From: the human T2T-CHM13v2.0 reference genome, Homo sapiens | Assembly (NCBI GenBank): GCA_009914755.4 | Contig: CP068257.2 | Coordinates: 44,128,001-44,192,000, forward strand | Direction: 5' to 3' | DNA: 64,000 nucleotides | Program-made: the position numbers and the translations under genes | Part shown: in pieces, positions 38,230 to 48,900 of the stretch | Position numbering within the stretch: the first letter of the stretch is position 1 | Layout: every line of letters begins with the position of its first letter | Notes under the pieces: model-generated | Databases searched by the model: none | What the model was told of the DNA's origin: nothing | What the model saw: only the letters and a program-made list of their open reading frames with translations

Positions 38230-38800
38230 TATTTTCATTTAGGAAGAGCTTTTTACAATTTGGTTTGGAGGTTTTGCTGTGTCTCCTGCCTCAGTTTCCT
38301 CTTTGGGATGCTGTTCACATGTGTTTGCACTTCCTTGTCTGTCTTCTGTATGTATCACTTCTCTTGAATTCTTTTCATTGCTTTTTTAAAAATTTTTTAA
38401 AGTTTCCATTTTTTGTCTGTTGTGTTTATTTGGTCTTTTTGTGTCTTCTAATTTCATCTTTATTTTTGAAATATTTTTCTTTCTATTCCCACATATTTTC
38501 TAGTTCTGTGACCTCAGTTGTTTAGTTTTTCTAATTCTGATTTGTATTTTTTCACCTTTTGCACCATTAATGCCTTTTAGGCAATTAAAAAATACTTGAT
38601 TATGGTTTTTGTCTTTTTTGTTAGCATGTTTTTATGGTGTGTTTATTGTCAGTAAAGATGTTATTTAGTTTCTTATTTTCTTTTGTCTTTTAAAAAACTT
38701 TGTATGGGGTTTGAATTGTGTGAAATTTGTTTCCCAAACCTCTTAGAATGGAAGCATGATTTATAATAGCATTTCTAATTACATAGCTCTTGAAGGCCCT
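38230..38800 (-). mobile_element. Ancient L1 fragment (antisense); weak call
   Basis: ttttgtctgttgtgtttatttggtctttttgtgtcttctaatttcatctttatttttgaaatatttttctttctattcccacatattttctag resembles antisense L1 ORF2 5' region (..tctatttcatttatttctgctctgatctttattatttcc..). Confidence 0.3.
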
Positions 38801-39029
38801 CTTGTGTTATTTTTATATAAAGTTTAAATACGAGGGCTTAATCAATGAATTTGTAATGTGTCTGGGGACAGGCCATGGAGAATCAGCAGAGAATTAGGTG
38901 GTAATACTGGCTCAGTGCTCATGTTCTGATTTTGATCATTGCACTGTGGTTATCTGGATGTTGTTTTGGGGAAACACATGGTACAGTATTTGGGGTGAAA
39001 GAGCGTGGTGTATGGGCCTACAGAGATAG

Positions 39030-42000
39030 TAAATATGTGGATGGACAGATGTATGGATCCGTAGAGAAAGTGAATGTGAATGCTAGATGGATGGATGCAT
39101 GAATCCATAAAGAAAGTGAATGTGTGCATGGATGGATGAATGCATGGATGGACGAATGCATGGATCCACAGAGAGTGAATGCGTGGATGGACGAGTGCAT
39201 AGGTCCATAGAGAGAGTGAATGCATGGATGGACAAGTGCATGGATCCACAGAGAGTGAATGCATGGATAGTTGAGTGCGTGGATCTGTAGAGAGAGTGAA
39301 TGCATGGATGGACGAGTGCATGGATCCACAGAGAGTGAATGCATGGATAGACGAGTGCATGGATCCATAGAGAGAGTGTAATGCATGGATAGATGAGTGC
39401 ATGGATCCGTAGAGACTGAATGCATGGATGGACAGATGCATGGATCCATAGAGAGAGTGATTGTGTGCATGGATGGATGAATGCATGGATGGATGAATGC
39501 ATGAATCCACAGAGAGTGAATGCATGGATGGATAAGTGCATGGATCCATAGGGAGAGTGAATGCATAGATGGACGAGTGCATGGATCCACAGAGAGTGAA
39601 TGCATGGATGGACGAGTGCGTGGATCCATAGAGAGAGTGAATGCGTGGATAGACTGGATAGATGAGTGCATGGATCCATAGAGAGAGTGAATGCATGGAT
39701 AGACCAGTGCATGGATCCATAGAGAGAGTGAATGCATGGATGGACGAGTGCATGGATCCATAGAGTGAATGCATGGATGGACAAGTGCACAGATCCATAG
39801 AGGGAGTGAGTGCATGGATGGACGAATGCATGGATCCATAGGGAGAGTGAATGCATTGATAGATGAGTGCATGGATCCATAGAGTGAATGCATGGATGGA
39901 CAAGTGCACAGATCCATAGAGGGAGTGAGTGCATGGATGGACGAATGCATGGATCCATAGGGAGAGTGAATGCATTGATAGACGAGTGCATGGATCCATA
40001 GAGTGAATGCATGGATGGACAAGTGCATGGATCCATACAGAGTGAATGCATGGATGGACGAGTGCATGGATCCATAGAGAGAGTGAATGCATGGATGGAC
40101 GAGTGCATGGATCTGTAGAGAGAATGAATGCATGGATGGACGAGTTCATGGGTCCATAGAGTGAATGCTTGAATGGACAAGTGCATGGATCCATAGAGAG
40201 AGTGAATGCATGGATGGACGAGTGCATGGATCCGTAGACAGAGCGAATGCACGGATGGACAGATGCATGGATCCATAGAGTGATTGTGTGCATGGATGGA
40301 TGAATGCATGGATGGATGAATGCATGAATCCACAGAGAGTGAATGCATGGATGGATGAGTGCATGGATCCATAGAGAGAGTGAATACATGGATAGACTGG
40401 ATAGACGAGTGCATGGATCTACAGAGAGTGAATGCATGGATGGACGAGTGCATGGATCTGTAGAGAGAGTGAATGCATGGATGGATGAGTGCATGGATCC
40501 ATAGAGTGAGTGCATGGATGGACGAGTGCACAGATCCATAGAGAGAGTGAATGCATGGATGGACGAGTGCATGGATCCATAGAGAGAGTGAATGCATTGA
40601 TAGACGAGTGCATGGATCCGTAGAGAGAGTGAATGCATGGATGGACGAGTGCATGGATCCATAGAGTGAATACATGGATGGACGAGTGCATGGATCCATA
40701 GACAGAGTGAATGCATGGATGGACGAGTGCATGGATCTGTGGAGAGAGTGAATGCATGGATGGACAAGTTCATGGGTCCATAGAGTGAATGCTTGAATGG
40801 ACGAGTGCATGGATCCATAGAGAGAGTGAATGCATGGATAGATGAGTGCAAGGATCCATAGAGAGAGTGGATGCATGGATAGATGAGTGCATGGATCCAT
40901 AGAGACTGAATGCATGGATGGACAGATGCATGGATCCATAGAGAGAGTGATTGTGTGCATGAATGGATGAATGCATGGATGGATGAATGCATGAATCCAC
41001 AGAGAGTGAATGCATGGATGGATGAGTGCATGGATCCACAGAGAGTAAATGCATGGATAGACGAGTGCATGGATCCATAGAGACTGAATGTGTGGATGGA
41101 CAGATGCATGGATCCATAGAGAGAGTGATTGTGTGCATGGATGGATGAATGCATGAGTCCACAGAGAGTGAATGCATGGATGGATGAGTGCATGGATCCA
41201 TAGAGAGAGTGAATGCATGGATAGACTGGATAGACGAGTGCATGGATCCACAGAGAGTGAATGCATGGATGGATGAGTGCATGAATCTGTAGAGAGAATT
41301 AATGCATGGATGGATGAGAGCATGGATCCATAGAGAGTGAATGCATGGATGGACGAGTGCATGGATTCATAGAGAGAGTGAATGCATGGATAGACTGGAT
41401 AGACAAGCGCATGGATCCGTAGAGAGAGTGAATGCATGGATGGACGAGTGCATGGATCCGTAGAGAGAGCGAATGCATGGATGGATGAGTGCATGGATCC
41501 ATAGAGAGTGAATGCATGGATGGACGAGTGCATGGATCCATAGAGAGAGTGAATGCATGGATAGACTGGATAGACAAGTGCATGGATCTGTAGAGAGAGT
41601 GAATGCATGGATGGGCGAGTGCACGGATCCATAGAGTGAATGCATGGATGGACGAGTCATAGAGAGAATGAATGCATGCATGGAGGAATGCATGGATCTG
41701 TAGAGAGTGAATGCATACATGGATGAATGCATGGATCCATAGAGTGAATGCATGGATGGACGAGTGCATGGATCCATAGACAGAGTGAATGCATGGATGG
41801 ACGAGTGCATGGATCCTTAGAGAGAGTGAATGCATGGATGGCCAGATGCATGTATCCATAGAGAGTGAATGCATGGATGGACGAATGCATGGATCCATCA
41901 ACAGAGTGTACGGATGGATGAATGCATGGATCAATAGAGAGAGTGAATGTGTGAATGGATGAATGCATAGATTCATAGAGAGAATGAATGCATGCATGGA

Positions 42001-44166
42001 GGAATGCATGGATCTGTAGAGAGAGTGAATGCGTACATGGATGAATGCATGGATCCGTAGAGTGAATGTGTGAATGGATGAATGCATAGATTCATAGAGA
42101 GAATGAATGCATGCATGGAGGAATGCATGGATCTGTAGAGAGTGAATGCATACATGGATGAATGCATGGATCCATAGAGTGAATGCATGGATGGACGAGT
42201 GCATGGATCCATAGAGAGTGAATGCATGGATGGATGAGTGCATGGATCCATAGAGAGAGTGAATGCATGGATGGACGAGTGCATGGATCCATAGAGAGAG
42301 TGAATGCATTGATAGACGAGTGCATGGATCCGTAGAGAGAGTGAATGCATGGATGGATGACTGCATGGATCCATAGAGACTGAATGCATGGATGGACGAG
42401 TGCATGGATCCTTAGAGAGAGTGAATGCATGGATGGACAGATGCATGTATCCATAGAGAGTGAATGCAGGTATGGACAAATGCATGGATCCATCAACAGA
42501 GTGTATGGATGGATGAATGCATGGATCCATAGAGAGAGTGAATGGATGCATACATGGATGAATGCATGGATCTGTAGAGAGAGTGAATGCATGGATGGAT
42601 GAATGCATGGATCCATAGAGAGAGTGAATGGATGCATACATGGATGAATGCATGGATCTGTAGAGAGAGTGAATGCATGGATGGATGAATGCATGGATCT
42701 ATAGAGAGAGTGAATGGATGCGTACATGGATGAATGCATGGATCCATAGAGAGAGTGAATGGATGTGCATGTGGATGAATGCATGGATCCTTAGAGAGAG
42801 TGAATACGTGGATGGACAGATGCATGTATCCATAGAGAGTGAATGCATGGATGGACGAATGCATGGATCCATAGAGAGAGTGAATGCATGGATGGATGAG
42901 TGCATGGATCCATAGAGAGAGTGAATGGATGCCTACATGGATGAATGCATGGATCCATAGAGAGAGTGAATGGATGTGTACATGGATGAACGCATGGATC
43001 TGTAGAGAGAGTGAATGGATGCGTACATGGATGAATGCATGGATCCGTAGAGAGAGTGAATGGATGTGCATGTGGATGAATGCATGGATCCTTAGAGAGA
43101 GTGAATACGTGGATGGACAGATGCATGTATCCATAGAGAGTGAATGCATGGATGGACGAATGCATGGATCCATAGAGAGAGTGAATGCATGGATGGATGA
43201 ATGCATGGATCCATAGAGAGAGTGAATGGATGTGTACATGGATGAATGCATGGATCCATAGAGAGAGTGAATGGATGCGTACATGGATGAATGCATGGAT
43301 CCATAGAGTGAATGTATGCGTACATGGATGAATGCATGGATCCATAGAGAGAGTGAATGGATGTGTACATGGATGAATGCATGGATCCGTAGAGAGAGTG
43401 AATGGATGGGTACATGGATGAATGCATGGATCCGTAGAGAGAGTGAATGGATGCGTACATGGATGAATGCATGGATCTGTAGAGAGAGTGAATGCATGGA
43501 TGGATGAATGCATGGATCCATAGAGAGAGTGAATGGATGCGTACATGGATGAATGCATGGATCCATAGAGAGAGTGAATGGATGTGTACATGGATGAATG
43601 CATGGATCCATAGAGAGAGCGAATGGATGTGTACATGGATGAATGCATGGATCCATAGAGAGAGTGAATGGATGTGTACATGGATGAATGCATGGATCTG
43701 TAGAGAGAGTGAATGGATGTGTACATGGATGAATGCATGGATCCATAGAGAGAGTGAATGGATGTGTACATGGATGAATGCATGGATCTGTAGAGAGAGT
43801 GAATGCGTACATGGATGAATACATGGATCCGTAGAGAGAGTGAATGGATGTGTACATGGATGAATGCATGGATCTGTAGAGAGAGTGAATGCGTACATGG
43901 ATGAATGCATGGATCCATAGAGTGAATGGATGTGTACATGGATGAATGCATGGATCTGTAGAGAGAGTGAATGCGTACATGGATGAATGCATGGATCCAT
44001 AGAGAGAGTGAATGGATGTGTACATGGATGAATGCATGGATCTGTAGAGAGGGTGAATGCGTACATGGATGAATGCATGGATCCATAGAGAGAGTGAATG
44101 GATGTGTACATGGTTGAATGCGTGGATCTGTAGAGAGAGTGAAAGTGTGCATGGACGAATTCATGA
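39030..44166. repeat. Large minisatellite/VNTR array, ~5.1 kb, ~120 units. Domain A (39030-~41640) has a 41-bp unit ggacgagtgcatggatccatagagagagtgaatgcatggat with 37-bp variants. A transition zone (~41640-42480) has irregular units. Domain B (~42480-44166) has a highly homogeneous 45-bp unit tggatgaatgcatggatccatagagagagtgaatggatgYgtaca.
   Basis: Periodicity read directly from the sequence. Every unit contains GGATCC and TGCATG. Plus strand is purine/T-rich with few C. The minus strand lacks stop codons in some frames, which produces the spurious 747/849/514/457/410-aa ORFs (MHSSIHAFTL...). Confidence 0.95.
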
Positions 44167-44295
44167 CACACAGATGGGCCGGAATATAAGTAATTGGATA
44201 AATGAGGTAAAGGATATGTAGATGTTCTTTTTAATGCTTGTACACTTTTTTCAAGGTTTGAAATTATATCACAATAACAAGTTGTCCGATGAGTA

Positions 44296-44575
44296 CAGTA
44301 GTCCCCCTTTGTCCACAGTTTCACTTTCTGTGATTTCAGTCACCCATGGTACAGTATAGTGAGATATCTTGAGAGAGAGAGACCATATTTACATAACTTT
44401 TATTATGGCATATTGATAAAATTGTTCTGTTTTATTATTAATCTTCCTCTGTACCTAATTTATACATTAAAATTTATCATAGGACAGTTTATAACAGGGT
44501 TTGGTATAGTCCATGGTTCCAGGTAGCCACTGAGAGTCTTGGAACGTACCCCTCTTGGATAAGGGGGGAGGGCTG
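44296..44575. mobile_element. Tigger2-derived non-autonomous DNA transposon (pogo/Tc1-mariner MITE) retaining both terminal inverted repeats; TA dinucleotide immediately 5'
   Basis: 5' TIR cagtagtccccctttgtccacagtttcactttctgtgatttcagtcacccatggtacag (cf. CAGTAGTCCCCCCTTATCCGCGGTTTCGCTTTCCGCGGTTTCAGTTACCCGCGGTCAACC). 3' TIR ggtatagtccatggttccaggtagccactgagagtcttggaacgtacccctcttggataaggggggag (cf. GGTACTATCCGCGGTTTCAGGCATCCACTGGGGGTCTTGGAACGTATCCCCCGCGGATAAGGGGGGACTACTG). CpGs have decayed to TG/CA. Confidence 0.7.
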
Positions 44576-45785
44576 CAGAATGAATTCTTCAGCCTTCTCC
44601 TCAGAACAGATCTTCTGCAAGACTTTGGCAGATGATGCTGTGACCCCGGTGTCACAGGCCAGGTGGACGGCCAGGCCAAGGTATCCGTGCCTGGTCCTGA
44701 GGGGCCAGGCACGCGTCCACGGCAGGGCCACCCAGAGCCTGGGGTGCTGGGAACTGGGCTTTGTTTTAGTTTCTCAAATGCTTTTCTCAAACTGGAATTT
44801 TAATTACAACAAAATTAATGCCGCAGAATATGATTAAAAAATAATGAGCTGAGAACAAGCAGCCTCTTGAGGTGATGTCCCTGTGGCTGAGCCCAGGAGG
44901 CCTTGATGCGGGCAGAGGCTGTGCTAGCTTCACCAGGTTGGCACCGGGCTCTCCAATGCCTGGTTGCTGGTGGCTTGGACAGCTGTCGGGGAGGGTCCTC
45001 TCAGCTCCCGCGCCCTCTGCCCACAGCTTGTTCTCTCACTGTGAGAACCACCCAGTGATGGTTCTTGTGCTGTTCTCTCTTCATGAATCATGGCCTGGCT
45101 TCCGTGCAGCTGCCTTTTTGGAGGAGGCTGCAGGAGCACAGAGTAATGGCTGCAGGTGGGGCCTTCCAGAGGCACAGGCTGAGGGGCCAGGCAGCAGTTC
45201 CTCTCTTGCAGCTTTTTCTTGGGAGCACCGGGCCAAGCCAGAGGCTCCTGGCAGATCCACCCACAGAGACAGCAGGTCCAGGTCAGGGCTACCCCTCGCA
45301 CAGCCCAGCAGGATGTGGGAGCAAGCCTGTGCGCCCTGAGCCAGGCCTTCTGTGAAGTGCAGATGATGTCGCCTTTGTAGACAAAGGAAGAGACCTTGGA
45401 ACCTGAGGGTAAATGGAGAGGCTCTTTACCAGCACTGAACTCTGAGCCCAACTGGCTCCAAACAGGCGTGTTGTGGGCGTGTCCTGAGGTGTGTGCCTGA
45501 CCTGACCCTGAGGCCCCCTCCCTGCCATGCCTCTAACCCACCCAACACCACCAGCCTTGCTGGTGCCTCCTGCCCTGCCCTCTGCTCTCAGCTGCCTGCC
45601 CTGGTCACCTGCCACCCCTTCGTGCTGGGCCCTTGGGCCAAGCACCGCATGCAGCCTGGTGCACACCTGTGCCCTCCTGAGCCTGGGTGAGGTGGCCCTC
45701 CCACCTGGGCCATGTGCCTCACTATGCCTAGGCCACAGCCCGGGAGGGAGGATGTCTTTCCCTGACCTCGTTTGTGTGGCCCTGG

Positions 45786-45945
45786 TGCCCAATGACTGAC
45801 TTTCCTTCTGCTCCCAGCCCTGCATCCTCCTGGGAGATGGGGTGTTTGAGCATGGGGTTCCCGCCTCCTCCTCCAAGTGACTTTCCTTCTGCTCCCAGCC
45901 CTGCATCCTCCCAGGAGATGGGGTGCCTGAGCATGGGGTTCCCGC
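45786..45945. repeat. Tandem duplication, 2 x ~79 bp
   Basis: gactttccttctgctcccagccctgcatcctcc[t/c][g/a]ggagatggggtg[tt/cc]tgagcatggggttcccgcctcctcc occurs twice head-to-tail. Confidence 0.85.
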
Positions 45946-48900
45946 CTCCTCCAGGACTTGTTGCCCGTTCTGCGTGGCCACCCGTTCTTGCCAGCATGCC
46001 CACTCGCTCTGACCTTGGAACGTGCTCTGCTATGGCCACTCTCCAACTCTGGCAATGGCACCAGCCATCATTCTATCACCTGTGACTTCCCCACTCACCC
46101 GTCCTGTCGTGCCACCTGCAGCACCCACAGCCTGGCTCTCACTGCCACTGCGTCCTGTGGGAGAAGGTCACATCCACTTCCCTGTGTGGATGGGGGTGTC
46201 ATGAGGACCCTGGAGTGTTCTGATGGCCAGCCTTGTGGGGACCCTGGCTGCTAGCCTTGCCTTAGCTGCTCCTCTGTCCCCACTCACAGCCCCGGTGGCC
46301 AGTCTGTCTGAGTCCTGCCCTTGTCTACCCACCTCCTACAAGACAGCCAGTGTCTGGGCTGGCCCCTCCCTGCTGGCTGCAGGGCCCCTGGGTGCACAAG
46401 GAGCTGCAGAGGAGCAGATGGCGGCAGCTGAGGCAGCCACAGGGACAGGGCCACAGACACACTCAGGTTCCATGGCCTTGGTACATTTGCTCTTCTTGAC
46501 ATGGGTTTCAGAGAGGGGCCACCATGCCATGCCCACAGCGTCTGGCCAGGTGCTGGTCACTGACCCATCTTCACAGCATCTGGCCAGGTGCTGGTCACTG
46601 ACCCGCCTTCACAGCCGCACTTGTGACATACCTGATTCAGTAGATCCTCCTGGATGCACTCTGCTTATATGCCTTTTGCTCATTTTCTGCCTTTAGCTGC
46701 AGTATTCTTTGGAAGGAATTCTGGGCAGTATGTGCTGTTCAGATCCTGTCACTGCATTTGCTAATTTGTTGCATTAGCAAGTATTTGGCTTGTGCATGCA
46801 AGACAAGGTTAAATAATCCAGTGTGGAAATAGAAAAACAGTATGTGGAGATCCAAACCCATATAATTACTCCCCATGATCTACTCAGTTTAATCAGATTC
46901 TGCAGGTTAATCATGTTTGTGATCTCATGGTGCACATCCCTCCCGAACATCTCAGCGTCATCAGTGGAGCCGCTCGGTTGTCCTGTGACACTGACTGTCC
47001 CTCTGTGGCTCTCGGGGTCTCCCCTCCTCTTCCTTGAGGGCATCGTCATGATTCAGCAGTGACTTCTGGGCTGGGTGGTTAGCGGGGCTCCCTCCTTTAC
47101 CCTCAGACCCCTTGGATGCCATCCTGGGCAGAGGCCTTGGCCCAGTGCAAGCTCTTTCTGCCCACATTCTCCTGGTAGCGGCTCTGCAGCTGGGCGCTGT
47201 TTCTGCCCTGTCATGCAAGTGGGCTGGGTGCAGAGGCTCACAGCTGGGTGCTGGGGCTGGGGGTGAGCTAGCTGTCCGGCCCCTGCGTCAGCACCACCCC
47301 TTGCTGTGTTCCTGAAGCGTCCTGTCTTCCATGGTCAGGATGCTCTTTCAAGACAGCCCTGATGGCATCACCTCCCTTCACTCGCCTCTTCTTAGCTTGT
47401 TCATTAAAAACAATTGTACTTACTGAGTGCCTACGTTGTCCTGTGCCCGGGCTGCCCAAGGTGGTGTGAGTGTCAGGGCACGTGGCCCAGAGGGCTCTGC
47501 AGAGACGGCTCTGAGAGCAAAAGTGAGCCATGCTGGAGAAGGGACAGGAGCCCCTGGGAGACGTAAGAGATGGGGACAGGCTGACGGAGGAGGAGGACCG
47601 GGCTGGGGGAGGATGGTGGGGCTCTAAGCAGGGCAGGAGGTCAGATTGTGTGTTTGGGATGTTCCTCTCCTTCATGGGGAGGAGAGGCCCTGAGGGAGGC
47701 AGGAGCAGGAGGGGCATCGTGTCCCCAAGGACCCCAGGCAGGGCCTCCAGGGCTGGTGCTGGGAGGAGGCAGGGATGGGAAGGGTCCCCGAGGGCCCTGA
47801 GCAGGGCTAACCCTAGGGAAACCACACACAGGCCACGGAGGGAAAAGCTTTTAACCCTTGTCGTGTATAAACGACTCACTAGGTCTTGGTGCATTTTTCA
47901 TTGATACTCATATATTTACTGTTGAATCTCTTTGAGTTCTTTTTAATGATTTTTCTTGTTTTCAATAAAAAATAACATTTCCCGTCTGCATTGTACAGTC
48001 ATAATTTGAAAACAAAAATTGTTTTGTTGTGCAAACACTTGTTCTGATTCTTTATCTATTCGTTGGAAGTCAGTCACAAAGCAACTTGAGAAAACAGCCT
48101 GTCTCTGCCTCCAGCCTGGTGTGCCTGCAGCTGTGTGGGTGCGTCCCCTCCTCACTTTCTCAGCAGAGGCAGAGGCTACAGTCTGAGTGGCAGAGCCCAC
48201 CTTTCTGCTGGGGGTAGTGGCCACGCAAGGGTATTGGTGTGTTTTTTGCACATGCAGCTGGCCATGCTTTAAAATAAGCAGATTGACCTTTGTTTACCTT
48301 TCACCCCCAGAATGGTTTGGTCAATGACAGCAGCCATTTTTATTGTTTTTATTGTTTCTTTTCTGTGGTGGTGAAGGTGGCATCCCCTCCTAGCAGCTGC
48401 ACACTGGGGTGGTCCTGAGGAAAGGAGGGCGAGAGCAGAGCTTGGGGGCGGGCCATGAGGGGAAGTCCAGGCCTCTCCACCCAAGGATGACCCTTTCTCC
48501 AAGAATCCTGCAGTCTGTTGTTAGGTCGGGAAAAAGCCGTGGTGGTTTTATACTGCCAGTGCCGGGAGCTTTCCCATGAAGTTTAAATGCAAACAGGACA
48601 CTGAGGGCAGGAAGGTGTGCTGAGCTGCCCTGCACAGTGCTTGGCTCTGATGCCCACCCCAGGGTCCCTGGGCACTGCCAAGCTGGGCATGAACCTGGGG
48701 TAACCCAGAGGAACCTGGAGCAGTATGGGCTCCAAGAGGCCCCTGAGCTTCTCCAGGACCCAGATGGTGACAGCCTGGAACATGGCTTCCCCGTGGCCTC
48801 GCTGCCATAGTCAGGCCTCGGGAGGTGACCCTGTGCCAGGGCACCGGATGGCCCAGGTCCTGCTGGGGTGGGCTGCTGAGTCCCTTCCCATGAATGTTGT

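Noticed and set aside
39030-44166. Possibility that the regular tandem arrays are CRISPR-like
   Set aside because: Eukaryotic (primate) DNA. Units are contiguous with no unique spacers and no cas genes. They are minisatellite arrays.
38950-44324. Very long minus-strand ORFs (747, 849, 514, 457, 410, 371 aa; MHSSIHAFTLSMDPCTRPSMHSL...)
   Set aside because: They lie entirely within the 41/45-bp tandem array, whose units lack stop codons in some antisense frames. They are periodic, low-complexity, present in multiple overlapping frames, and have no start, splice or coding-bias support. Repeat artefact, not a gene.
45289-46061. 230-aa and 157-aa minus-strand ORFs, Pro/Gly/Arg-rich
   Set aside because: They span the 79-bp tandem duplication and GC-rich low-complexity sequence. 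No recognisable domain and no conservation signal is visible. In GC-rich DNA, stop codons are rare by chance.
47268-47894. 208-aa minus-strand ORF (MHQDLVSRLYTTRVKSFSLRG...)
   Set aside because: Low-complexity Pro/Ser/Leu-rich translation of GC-rich DNA with no identifiable family. There are overlapping ORFs on both strands at the same place, the usual signature of non-coding GC-rich sequence. Cannot be supported as an exon without external data.
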